Shown piece after piece: positions 1 to 8,123 of a stretch of DNA of 41,064 nt (position 1 is the stretch's first letter; the number at the start of each line of letters is the position of its first letter). The stretch is from a virus. Made by a program: the position numbers and the translations under genes. The DNA is taken from the IMG/VR virus record IMGVR_UViG_3300046012_000660, one strand, 5' to 3'. The notes under the pieces were generated by a model. The model was not told the DNA's origin. It made no database searches and worked only from the letters and a program-made list of their open reading frames with translations.

Positions 1-78
1 CCGCAACTATCACTAATCTTGGTGTGGCCACGAATGGACAATTGCCTATCGGTTCAACCGGAGCTGACCCCGTATTGG
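1..78. repeat. Terminal overlap: nt 1-78 are identical to nt 40987-41064
   Basis: Compared the two window ends by eye. Unit length is 40986 bp, a multiple of 3, so the reading frame is preserved across the junction. Confidence 0.95.
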
Positions 79-452
79 CGACATTAACAGCGGGATCAGG
101 TATATCCATAACAAATGGTGCAGGATCAATCACCATTGCCTCTACGGCTGTGGCATTAAATTATACGAATGTAAATCATGCCGCATCTCCTTATACAGTA
201 TTAACAACAGATCAATATATTTCTGTCGACTGTTCCGCAGGAACTGTGCAACTTAATTTCCCAAATTCTCCAACTTCAAAAGAATTTTGGATAGTTAAAG
301 ACAGAACAGGAAATGCGTCGACTAATAATATCACTCTTACAACAGCAGGAGCAACAGTCACTTTTGATGGGCTTACTACTTATACCATGAACTCAAATTA
401 TCAAGCCATAAATCTACTTGCAAACGCCACTCCAACTTATGAGGTCTATTAA
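1..452 (+). CDS. Tail fibre protein, C-terminal part; same gene as 40548-41064 across the circular junction
   Basis: The open frame is continuous with the end of the window. It has a Thr/Gly/Ser/Asn-rich fibre composition and shares ...VGAGTATITNLGVATNGQLPIGSTGADPVL... with the fibre paralogues at 1749 and 38476. The GTG at 24 in the ORF track is internal, not the start. Confidence 0.75.
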   Translation, partial: ATITNLGVATNGQLPIGSTGADPVLATLTAGSGISITNGAGSITIASTAVALNYTNVNHAASPYTVLTTDQYISVDCSAGTVQLNFPNSPTSKEFWIVKDRTGNASTNNITLTTAGATVTFDGLTTYTMNSNYQAINLLANATPTYEVY

Positions 453-1747
453 TGGGATACAGAGATTATAGCTCGGCTAAAGGTCATATAGTTGATTCCA
501 CAGGTCATGGTGATTTTACAACCATTGTTTCTGCTATAACCGCAGCCTCATCTGGACAAACGATTTTTATTCGACCAGGAACTTATACAGAGAACCCAGC
601 TTTAAAAGCTGGAGTTAATTTATCAGCATACGATAGTGATGGTCTTGTCATTGGAATTGCTGGAAACACAGGAACTGTCGTAATTAATGGGAAAGTCTCA
701 ATGACAACTGCCGGAACATCCGTTATATCAGGTGTTACATTTCAAACAAATTCAGATTATGCTCTTTCTGTAACAGGATCAGCTGCAACGAATGTTTTAT
801 TAACAAATTGTACCATTTCTGGTTCTAATCATAATTTAATTGAATTTACCAGCTCAAGTTCTAGTGCGAATATATTTATTCAATATTCTAATACATATAT
901 CAGCAATGCTACATATAATTTGTACGATATGACTTCTCCTGGAAGCCTATCTTTTTATTATTGTTCATCTTCCCAAGCAGGAACAGTTGCATCAAACAAT
1001 AGCGCAGGGGTCTTGACTCAAGAATATGTTAATGGAAACACTGTCATGACTACCAGTGGAACAGGAATAGTCACGATGATTCAATCTGATATCGATACTG
1101 GTAACACAACAACTTTAACCACATCTGGGACTGGTCAAACAATAATTAGAAATTCAGCTTTAACTAGTGGAACATCCTCATGTCTTTCAATTGGATCTGG
1201 AACTACAGGGGACGTTCGATCATCAGTAGTTTCTTCTACAAACACGAATGCTATAGCTGGAGCAGGAACAATAAATTATTCGGCATTAAATTTTACAAAC
1301 ACTAGTGCAAAAATTAGCACAACAACACAAACAGGTGGGCTTTTAAAAGGAGGATTAACACAAAACCCTAACGCTGGATTCATTGGTGAACATATTCGAG
1401 CTAATGCAACCGTCTCAATTACTACAGCAACAGCAGGGAACGTTACTTCCATCAGCTTAACTGCGGGAATCTGGGATGTTTCAGGTATTGCTAACTATGC
1501 TTTCACGACCTCTGCAACATCTACAACAACTGGATTGAGTATTACTAGTGCTACTTTTACAGGGTCGCAGGGTGACGATTATGTTAATTTTATTAATACA
1601 TTTTCCACGAATGCACAGATTTCCGTAAGCATTCCCTCTAAAAGAGTTATGGTAACTTCGACAACAACCTTTTATTTAGTTCAACAAGCAACTTTTATTG
1701 GAACAGCAACTTGCTTAGGAAGAATTTCAGCAACCAGAGTAGGATAA
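452..1747 (+). CDS. Tailspike with a right-handed beta-helix (pectate-lyase-like) domain; possible polysaccharide depolymerase
   Basis: The N-terminal signature GDFTTIVSAITAASSGQTIFIRPGTYTE is typical of pectin-lyase-fold tailspikes. The rest is a long Thr/Ser/Asn/Gly-rich repeat body. The ATG overlaps the upstream stop (TAATG). Confidence 0.65.
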   Translation: MGYRDYSSAKGHIVDSTGHGDFTTIVSAITAASSGQTIFIRPGTYTENPALKAGVNLSAYDSDGLVIGIAGNTGTVVINGKVSMTTAGTSVISGVTFQTNSDYALSVTGSAATNVLLTNCTISGSNHNLIEFTSSSSSANIFIQYSNTYISNATYNLYDMTSPGSLSFYYCSSSQAGTVASNNSAGVLTQEYVNGNTVMTTSGTGIVTMIQSDIDTGNTTTLTTSGTGQTIIRNSALTSGTSSCLSIGSGTTGDVRSSVVSSTNTNAIAGAGTINYSALNFTNTSAKISTTTQTGGLLKGGLTQNPNAGFIGEHIRANATVSITTATAGNVTSISLTAGIWDVSGIANYAFTTSATSTTTGLSITSATFTGSQGDDYVNFINTFSTNAQISVSIPSKRVMVTSTTTFYLVQQATFIGTATCLGRISATRVG

Positions 1748-1748
1748 T

Positions 1749-2960
1749 ATGGTAAATAATAGCACCACTCCAACAAGCTTTGATGCCTTAGCAGTAGGAC
1801 GTTCCTCAACGAATCCTTTCATCACAGTTTTTTCTCCACGCAATCCTACTAGTAATGATGTTAACTATCCTATCCAGCAACGCTGGTACAATCACATAAA
1901 TGAAACAGAATATATTCTTACAGCCTTTAGCGTTGTTAATGAAACAAAAACCGCTGTTTGGCAGCCCATCAATGCTTCACAATTTGCAGCCACTGAAACT
2001 TTGACTGGAAATAGCGGTGGCCCTATTGCAGTTGATATGAACAACAATATCAATGTCATAGGTGATGGAACGACCATAAACATCGTCGGGAATCCAGGAA
2101 CTAACACCTTGACTGCGTCTGTTGTAACAGGTTCAGTAATTACGGAAACATTAACTGGAAATAGCGGTGGTGCTGTTTCACCAACAGCTGGCAATATCAA
2201 TACGCTCGGCATAGGATCAATCACCATCGTTGGGAATCCTGGTACAAGCGCCTTAACTACTCAGCTTACAGGGTTAACAAATCACAATGTATTAGTCGGA
2301 GCCGGAACAACCACTATTACAAAAATTGCACCATCAGCGACTAGTGGAGTTCCTTTAATTTCTCAAGGTGCAGCTGCCGATCCCCTATTTGGTACGGCTG
2401 TGGTCGCAGGAGGAGGAACAGGCGATACAAGTTTTACAGCATATGCTCCCATTGTTGGAGGAACAACAACAACAGGGCCACTTCAATCGGCCCCGACTGG
2501 TCAATCTACTAGCGGATTTGTTTTTACTAGTACAGGGTCTGGATCGCTTCCTACTTTTCAATCAATTTATACTCAAGGAACCTTTACTCCCACCTTGCAA
2601 TTTGGAGGAGGAAGTACAGGGATCACGTATTTAAGCCGAACCGGACTTTATACAGTGATTGGCAATATGCTATTTTTTGAAGCTCAGTTTACTTTAACTA
2701 GCAAAGGAAGTAGCACAGGTGTCGCTCAAGTTATAAATCTTCCATTTACTGCCAATTTTGGAACGAGCGCTTTTTTATCTATCACTCAATTTACCCTTCC
2801 AAATACAACAACGCAAATTTGGGGACAGATCAATACTGGAGGAACAAGTTTACTTTGCATTTATGCTGATTCTGCAACAGGAGCGTCTGTACAAATGTCT
2901 AATTCAAATTTCATGAATAACACCGCTATTTTATTCCAAGGATTTTACTTTTTATCATAA
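1749..2960 (+). CDS. Tail fibre protein, paralogue of 38476 and 40548
   Basis: Contains two copies of TETLTGNSGG...NIN..G.G.I.IVGNPGT..LT. Its N-terminus is similar to 38476 (NYP..+RW.N.I...EY.LT). The C-terminus is knob-like (GTFTPTLQFGGGSTGITY...LPFTA). Confidence 0.75.
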   Translation: MVNNSTTPTSFDALAVGRSSTNPFITVFSPRNPTSNDVNYPIQQRWYNHINETEYILTAFSVVNETKTAVWQPINASQFAATETLTGNSGGPIAVDMNNNINVIGDGTTINIVGNPGTNTLTASVVTGSVITETLTGNSGGAVSPTAGNINTLGIGSITIVGNPGTSALTTQLTGLTNHNVLVGAGTTTITKIAPSATSGVPLISQGAAADPLFGTAVVAGGGTGDTSFTAYAPIVGGTTTTGPLQSAPTGQSTSGFVFTSTGSGSLPTFQSIYTQGTFTPTLQFGGGSTGITYLSRTGLYTVIGNMLFFEAQFTLTSKGSSTGVAQVINLPFTANFGTSAFLSITQFTLPNTTTQIWGQINTGGTSLLCIYADSATGASVQMSNSNFMNNTAILFQGFYFLS

Positions 2961-3123
2961 ACCATAAATTGGCAAAAAACCTTATTTTGATCCTTTGTTT
3001 TTCAAATAAATAGATGGCGCGGTTTCTAAAAATTTCATCTCGATCGTCATCATAAAGACTCATTGGGACTCCAATATTTTTTCATATTAATAGAATAGAC
3101 TAAGGGTATCGTTTTTTCAAACT

Positions 3124-3324
3124 TCAAAAATGCAGCATCTTTTCTGCCTCAAGATGCACAAACCTTTTTAATTCCTCTTTCATTGCCCTATAGTCTTTCA
3201 CTTCGCCAAACATCTTGCAGTAGATAAAATATCGCTTAATTCCAGCTCGTAGCTCTTCTTTCACATCTTCGATGTAGTCGTCTTGATCTTCAAATATTAT
3301 ATATGTGTCTTGCGCTTTTTCCAT
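3124..3324 (-). CDS. Hypothetical early protein (66 aa, acidic)
   Basis: ORF only; lies in the leftward early block. Confidence 0.45.
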   Translation of the reverse strand: MEKAQDTYIIFEDQDDYIEDVKEELRAGIKRYFIYCKMFGEVKDYRAMKEELKRFVHLEAEKMLHF

Positions 3325-3535
3325 GATTACCGTATGCTTGATAGATTTATTCGATATCTCATGTTATCTGATAAAGAGCAAGATTATGAAGGGGATGTTA
3401 AGATGGACAATGCCAGAAGCGGAATTGCATGATTTAAACTTATAAGTATATCGAATAGTATTATTTAACTTTTATTTTGTCTGACATAAGGACTATTATC
3501 AGACAATAAGAAATATCTTTATGGTTGACTTATAT

Positions 3536-3799
3536 TTAATTAGTTTCTTCGTCTGAACATCTATTCAAAATCCAAATCACGGAGTTTGCAATAATAGTTG
3601 ACATTTCAATATTGCTGATTTTGGTTCGTCGGATTTCGATCAGGTTGAAATATAAATCTTTTTCTAGAGATTTTATCATTTCTGAAAGGCTGGTAGATGT
3701 AACTCTTGATTTATTGTATGCGACGACTCCTTTTTCCCACTCTTCCTGGGTATCATAGAAGGTTCCTCTATAAAAATAGTTTCCATTTTGCTCATCCAT
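3536..3799 (-). CDS. Hypothetical protein (87 aa)
   Basis: The ORF overlaps the upstream gene by 8 nt, consistent with coupling. Confidence 0.5.
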   Translation of the reverse strand: MDEQNGNYFYRGTFYDTQEEWEKGVVAYNKSRVTSTSLSEMIKSLEKDLYFNLIEIRRTKISNIEMSTIIANSVIWILNRCSDEETN

Positions 3800-4088
3800 C
3801 CTCGACCTCCATCACATCAACCCCAGTATAAAACTTCACATTCCCCAAAAAACCTTTAGCTAGCATCACAGCCGCTCTTTTGATTTCTTCGGGCTTATCG
3901 GAAATATATAGCTGAACCATCATCGCCATAACATGATTCATCGCTGATAGGTTTAAATTGCTGTTAGCATCGCTAATGATAGGCTGAAGAGCATCGCATA
4001 TTTTTTTGATGTGTACGCCCATTTCCTCTATGACATAATCAGGAACATCTTCACATTTATAAAGGTTCAACAACTTCATTTTTACCAT
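3792..4088 (-). CDS. Hypothetical protein (98 aa)
   Basis: ORF in the leftward block. Confidence 0.5.
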   Translation of the reverse strand: MVKMKLLNLYKCEDVPDYVIEEMGVHIKKICDALQPIISDANSNLNLSAMNHVMAMMVQLYISDKPEEIKRAAVMLAKGFLGNVKFYTGVDVMEVEDG

Positions 4089-4166
4089 CGTACATTCCCA
4101 GTTGTATTTAAAATAGACAGAAAAAACTTACTACATATATAGAAGATACCATATGGAGCCAAAACG

Positions 4167-4358
4167 ATGACAACCCAAATCATGAAGGCAATCAGCAAAA
4201 TCTTAGCTGCCTTAATCATTTTACTTCCCTTAAACAGTTGCACTATAACAGACATCTGCGTTCACAATGAAAGCGGATCAACCTGTACAGTCGACGCTAG
4301 CACTTCGGCAAATCCTGTGGTAGATCCGATGGTGGATGTGCCTTTAAAGCCTCAATAG
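4167..4358 (+). CDS. Possible small secreted protein or lipoprotein (63 aa)
   Basis: N-terminal hydrophobic stretch ending in LPLNSC (an imperfect lipobox). The 3' end overlaps the convergent gene 4297-4881 by 62 nt, so it may be spurious. Confidence 0.3.
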   Translation: MTTQIMKAISKILAALIILLPLNSCTITDICVHNESGSTCTVDASTSANPVVDPMVDVPLKPQ

Positions 4359-4881
4359 CTTGATCAGCTAATTTTTCACATTCAAACTTTACAAACCCTA
4401 TGTTTCTATATGTCTTTTTCTCCATCATAAACGAATTAAACTTAACTGTAGGGCCGTTCTGAATTTTCTCCAATACTTCTCTATATTTAAAATATTCTTC
4501 GGAGTCTTTTTCTACCATTGACATCATAAAACGTAACCCTTTTTCGGCAGTATATGGAATTTCGTCTCTATAATGAGCGCAATCAAATCCGATTTTAATT
4601 AATCCATCCTGATTATCAGAAAAATGTGTTATTCCTCCATGAACTTCGGCATCTATATCCTGAGATTCCACATGTTCCCATGGATGTTCTTTTGGTAGAA
4701 TGATATAACCGCAAAGGTGTCCCAGGCCAATTAATTGACCATCCATTAAAGACGCATTCCGAATGATTTCACATCGGATATCTTTATAGTGCCAATGAAC
4801 CTCATCGGCTTCTTCTACCCATTCTCCATAGCCCCAATAGGACAATTTTTGTTCTGAAGTAAAAAGATGTGTTTCTGTCAT
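4297..4881 (-). CDS. Conserved phage protein of unknown function with His/Asp-rich motifs
   Basis: Motifs GYIILPKEHPW, VHGGITHF and GFDCAHYRD recall a recurrent uncharacterised phage family (from memory, not verified). Confidence 0.6.
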   Translation of the reverse strand: MTETHLFTSEQKLSYWGYGEWVEEADEVHWHYKDIRCEIIRNASLMDGQLIGLGHLCGYIILPKEHPWEHVESQDIDAEVHGGITHFSDNQDGLIKIGFDCAHYRDEIPYTAEKGLRFMMSMVEKDSEEYFKYREVLEKIQNGPTVKFNSFMMEKKTYRNIGFVKFECEKLADQAIEALKAHPPSDLPQDLPKC

Positions 4882-4961
4882 TCAGTTTTTAACCATATCC
4901 CAATTAACAACAAGACAACCAAGATTCTAAAGTGTTCATTAATCCAGTCTTCCATCTTATC

Positions 4962-5147
4962 TCAACATGTCCATTGGATCTTCTTAGTTTTAAGATACCA
5001 CTCGGCAAATTCATCTAAATCTGGACAATAACCAAATTCATCTTCAAATTCCCCTGATAAATCCTCGTAGGCGCTTTGCAGTGCTTCCGATTCTTGTTCT
5101 CTGAGTTGATTCCAATGGACGTCATCATTAACATTAAACTTTTCCAT
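4962..5147 (-). CDS. Hypothetical acidic protein (61 aa)
   Basis: ORF only. Confidence 0.5.
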   Translation of the reverse strand: MEKFNVNDDVHWNQLREQESEALQSAYEDLSGEFEDEFGYCPDLDEFAEWYLKTKKIQWTC

Positions 5148-5174
5148 ATTTTAACATTTCCCCTATGTTATTCC

Positions 5175-5984
5175 CTATCGGGTGCTTAACATATCCATTG
5201 GTTCGGCTTTAACAAGAACCATATTCTTGTCAGATTCAATTTTTTCTTCAACCCATTTTAGATAAGACTTAGAGAATCTGTCAGCATTTTTAATTGCTTG
5301 GTTGATGGTTTCTTCGGAAGTCTTCTTGCTTTTCTCGGAGATAAACGAAACGAAATCATTGAGGTCATAATCCATATTCTCTATGGATTTGAATGTTTCC
5401 TTGAATTTATTAGAAGCATCAATGTTATCAATGGACTTTGCCTCACCAGAGGAAGTTTCAATTGTTTCGATGTTTTCTTTTTTATCTTTTTCTTCTTCAT
5501 CTAGCTCTCCTTCAACATATGCCATTCCAATAACATCAGGAAACAGTCTACGCGCTAACCTAGATAGCGCCCTAGCAAAACACATATCAGATGGATATTT
5601 TTCCCACCCGCCATTTGGTTTAACAAGTCCCGCTTTTCTAGCATCTTCGAGAGAAAAAGAGACTTCGCAGCTCTCTCCCGTATCTTTTCGAGTGCCGACA
5701 ATAATTGATCTCTGATCGTTACTGTCTATCTTAAGCTTATGGCCAGCTCTTCGGATCATCGCGTTCATTAGCTGAGGAGCAATCGTAATCTTCCCCATGA
5801 TATTAGAGAAGCCACCGAATAGGGCTGACATGATAGGGACATTGAGTTCCCTGGCGTACATCGCAATAGAGAAGGCTCCAGGAAACCCCCCTAGCTTATC
5901 TATAAATTTACTCTCAACGGCTTGCTTAGCCATTACTTCAATGGCTGTAATTTCTGCTTGAGTTGGTATTAAATCTTTGCTCAT
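5175..5984 (-). CDS. recT: RecT-family single-strand annealing protein
   Basis: ...GGWEKYPSDMCFARALSRLARRLFPDVIGMAYVEGE... matches the RecT core as I remember it. An acidic C-terminal tail follows. The start at 5984 makes an ATGA overlap with the upstream micro-ORF; an alternative ATG lies at 5993. Confidence 0.7.
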   Translation of the reverse strand: MSKDLIPTQAEITAIEVMAKQAVESKFIDKLGGFPGAFSIAMYARELNVPIMSALFGGFSNIMGKITIAPQLMNAMIRRAGHKLKIDSNDQRSIIVGTRKDTGESCEVSFSLEDARKAGLVKPNGGWEKYPSDMCFARALSRLARRLFPDVIGMAYVEGELDEEEKDKKENIETIETSSGEAKSIDNIDASNKFKETFKSIENMDYDLNDFVSFISEKSKKTSEETINQAIKNADRFSKSYLKWVEEKIESDKNMVLVKAEPMDMLSTR

Positions 5985-6154
5985 ACATCCCATCCTTTTC
6001 GTGTTACATCTTCTTGTATAAATTGTGTCTGCTCGATCAGCTTATTCTTGATTCTCTCAAGATTCGCAATTTCCTCTTCAATCTCATCAATCTGATCATA
6101 GACTGAATCTAAAAGGATCTCGTCTCTGCTGGGTCTATAGTAGGAGGCAACCAT
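5981..6154 (-). CDS. Small coiled-coil protein (57 aa), absent from the ORF track
   Basis: Hand translation gives MVASYYRPSRDEILLDSVYDQIDEIEEEIANLERIKNKLIEQTQFIQEDVTRKGWDV. It overlaps the upstream gene by TAATG and the downstream gene by ATGA. Confidence 0.45.
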   Translation of the reverse strand: MVASYYRPSRDEILLDSVYDQIDEIEEEIANLERIKNKLIEQTQFIQEDVTRKGWDV

Positions 6155-6798
6155 TATTTCCTCCTCACAACAAACTTCTTCCCCTTCACGATCTTCACCC
6201 CAGGAATTTCCTTCTTCCCTAGATCAATATGTTTCTGTAAGAGCTTTTCATCAACAACCCAATACTCATCTGGAATCAGATCCACATCAACAATCTCAAA
6301 CGAAAGCTCTTCCTTAAAATATGTCGTTGCCTTAGCGCTGTGAACATTTCTAGCGTCACTAGGGATCACAATATCTACCCCTAACTTAGCTGAAAGCTCT
6401 TTCACGGACTCCTCAGCCACTTTCATTTTCTCTTCTTCTTTCATATGATAAGTAGCGATCTTAACTTTAACATCATGCTCAGCCCTTGAAAGGATCTCTT
6501 GCAATCCCTTGGCAGAGTCATTGATCATCTGAATCAAACGTCTAGCAGGCTCTCCGGCCTTCTTTCTCAAGTCCTCGATCGCCTTGTCTAGATTCCGGAT
6601 ATCAGCCGTTATATCTAAAGCAACGCCACACGCTGATGAATCATCAACGGTTAGGTTCTTAGCCATCAGAGATAGCTTGCTGATTGTAGGGAGGTGTTTT
6701 TCGATTTCAGAAATTGCCGGATGTCTATCATCTGGCAGCACATCGTAATCTTCTTTTAGAAAATCGAAGAAGTCTGTATTGTCTTTTGTATCATTCAT
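6154..6798 (-). CDS. Siphovirus Gp157-like protein, a common partner of RecT modules
   Basis: Coiled-coil centre and a C-terminus ...IPDEYWVVDEKLLQKHIDLGKKEIPGVKIV... like the Gp157 family as I remember it. It sits between the exonuclease and RecT genes. Confidence 0.45.
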   Translation of the reverse strand: MNDTKDNTDFFDFLKEDYDVLPDDRHPAISEIEKHLPTISKLSLMAKNLTVDDSSACGVALDITADIRNLDKAIEDLRKKAGEPARRLIQMINDSAKGLQEILSRAEHDVKVKIATYHMKEEEKMKVAEESVKELSAKLGVDIVIPSDARNVHSAKATTYFKEELSFEIVDVDLIPDEYWVVDEKLLQKHIDLGKKEIPGVKIVKGKKFVVRRK

Positions 6799-6898
6799 TG
6801 GCTCCTACCTTTGTTTGATTTTTCTAGTGTACTATTCCTTTTAGCCCGACGTTGACGCGTCGGGTTTTTCATTTACATTCACCATTGTAAAATGGCTT

Positions 6899-7483
6899 TC
6901 ATTTATTAGTCAAGTGGATATATAGATTATAGGCAGCTAGCGCCGCCGAAGTTAGCCCCTTGGTTATTTCGTATTCCCATACTTTAGGGTAAAGTCCATT
7001 TTGGTCAAGTTGCACGAAAAAGCATGTTTTTTCAATCTCTATTCCATTCAGATCGGCTAAAATGGCATAAAAGGCAGCCTGAAGAGGCCATTTAACGGGA
7101 TCTTGGGCTACAGTACATTTAAAATCGATCAGATAAGACTTTTCAGATGAACCTAAGCATGCAAGCATGTCTATAGACCCCGTGAGCTTCATTGGCTCGT
7201 AATAGATCCTTAAATCTGTTGTAATCGGCTTAACTGATATAGACTTCTCCCACTCTAAATAAGACTTTACATACCCATCTTCTTTGGCTGATGTGGGGAT
7301 AAACTCATCATTAACATGGGCAGAGATTGCGGCGTGAACGGCTGTGCCAAGATCAGCCTTGCGCTGAAGCACTTCTTCATCGATAGCCTGCATTGGATAG
7401 CACCATTTGCCATTCTGGCCCATTGTGGGGAGCATAGATAGGATTGTGCTTACTCGAATCCATTTGGGGTCTGGTTGTTCCAT
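6899..7483 (-). CDS. PD-(D/E)XK (RecB/Cas4-like) exonuclease
   Basis: Motifs GTAVHAAI, GSIDML...YLIDFKC and QLQAAFYA. GGAG SD lies 4-5 nt before the ATG. Confidence 0.65.
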   Translation of the reverse strand: MEQPDPKWIRVSTILSMLPTMGQNGKWCYPMQAIDEEVLQRKADLGTAVHAAISAHVNDEFIPTSAKEDGYVKSYLEWEKSISVKPITTDLRIYYEPMKLTGSIDMLACLGSSEKSYLIDFKCTVAQDPVKWPLQAAFYAILADLNGIEIEKTCFFVQLDQNGLYPKVWEYEITKGLTSAALAAYNLYIHLTNK

Positions 7484-7500
7484 TTTTCTCCAATTTCCTG

Positions 7501-7532
7501 TTGATTATATATAACTATGAACATATAATCAA
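7501..7532. promoter_or_regulatory. Palindromic divergent sigma70-like promoter pair and likely operator
   Basis: The sequence ttgattatat-N12-atataatcaa reads TTGATT-N17-TATAAT on both the plus and the minus strand. It lies in the 73-bp gap between the leftward ATG at 7483 and the rightward ATG at 7557. Confidence 0.6.
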
Positions 7533-7556
7533 GTGTATAAATGAAAATAGGTAATT

Positions 7557-7832
7557 ATGACTCTTAACGAATGGCTTAAAGAAAACAATATGAGCATGAA
7601 CGCTCTAGCTAAACTCTGCGGTCTATCGACAACAACTATTTTGAACATAACATTAGACAAGCCCGTTGTTTTTAGGACTATCAGAAAATTAATGCAGCTC
7701 ACCAAAAACTTCCGCATACCGATAACACCTGAGATGTTTCCAAGGGTTTATCTTCATGGTAAGGATGAGATAATCACTGGGTCTATGGCCTATGCAATTG
7801 AGATTAGGAAATATCTAAATCGCAAGAAATAG
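7557..7832 (+). CDS. XRE/Cro-type helix-turn-helix regulator (91 aa)
   Basis: The N-terminus MTLNEWLKENNMSMNALAKLCGLSTTTILNI has an HTH pattern. It is the first gene rightward of the switch region. Confidence 0.65.
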   Translation: MTLNEWLKENNMSMNALAKLCGLSTTTILNITLDKPVVFRTIRKLMQLTKNFRIPITPEMFPRVYLHGKDEIITGSMAYAIEIRKYLNRKK

Positions 7833-7918
7833 AAAAGGGCGCTTTTACACGCCCTAAAATAAGAAAAGGGAATAGCCGACATGGCTAAACTCACCTTATT
7901 TCGTGGTCTCATTTTGGG

Positions 7919-7947
7919 GCAAGATAAAAAGATATCTGGCTTTTTTT
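7919..7947 (+). terminator. Rho-independent terminator candidate
   Basis: Stem gcaagata/tatctggc (8 bp, one mismatch), loop aaaaga, then T7. Confidence 0.45.
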
Positions 7948-8010
7948 GAAAAGGTTTGGGTAGGATAACCCTTACAAAGCAAGAAGGCCCGAACTTACGT
8001 CCGAGCCAAC

Positions 8011-8048
8011 TTTAAGATAACGAGTAGTGATATACCGGTTATCTTAAA
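8011..8048. repeat. Perfect 11-bp inverted repeat TTTAAGATAAC-N16-GTTATCTTAAA
   Basis: Read directly from the sequence. It lies 76 bp upstream of the putative replication gene start. Confidence 0.8.
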
Positions 8049-8123
8049 TGTGGCCATTAATTTCAAGCAATAGAAATTAAATAAAAGAAAAAGTTTGTGG
8101 TCTTCTTCAAAAAAGGAGACCCA

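Noticed and set aside
1980-2260. Possible diversity-generating retroelement (template/variable repeat pair) among the repeated fibre modules
   Set aside because: There is no reverse transcriptase gene anywhere in the genome. The repeated units differ mainly at synonymous positions of all four bases rather than at adenines only.
3348-3505. Inverted repeats in the 211-bp spacer: tattcgatat/atatcgaata about 90 bp apart, TTATC-T-GATAA, and the 8-bp stem ttgtctga/tcagacaa
   Set aside because: The repeats are real, but the region is AT-rich, where such repeats arise easily. No U-tract, promoter hexamers or flanking-gene logic supports a specific function, so I did not raise this to a finding.
7861-7948. 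22-codon mini-ORF (MAKLTLFRGLILGQDKKISGFF) ending inside the terminator hairpin, considered as a leader-peptide attenuator
   Set aside because: It has no convincing SD and no run of regulatory codons. The overlap with the terminator can be coincidental. I kept only the terminator call.
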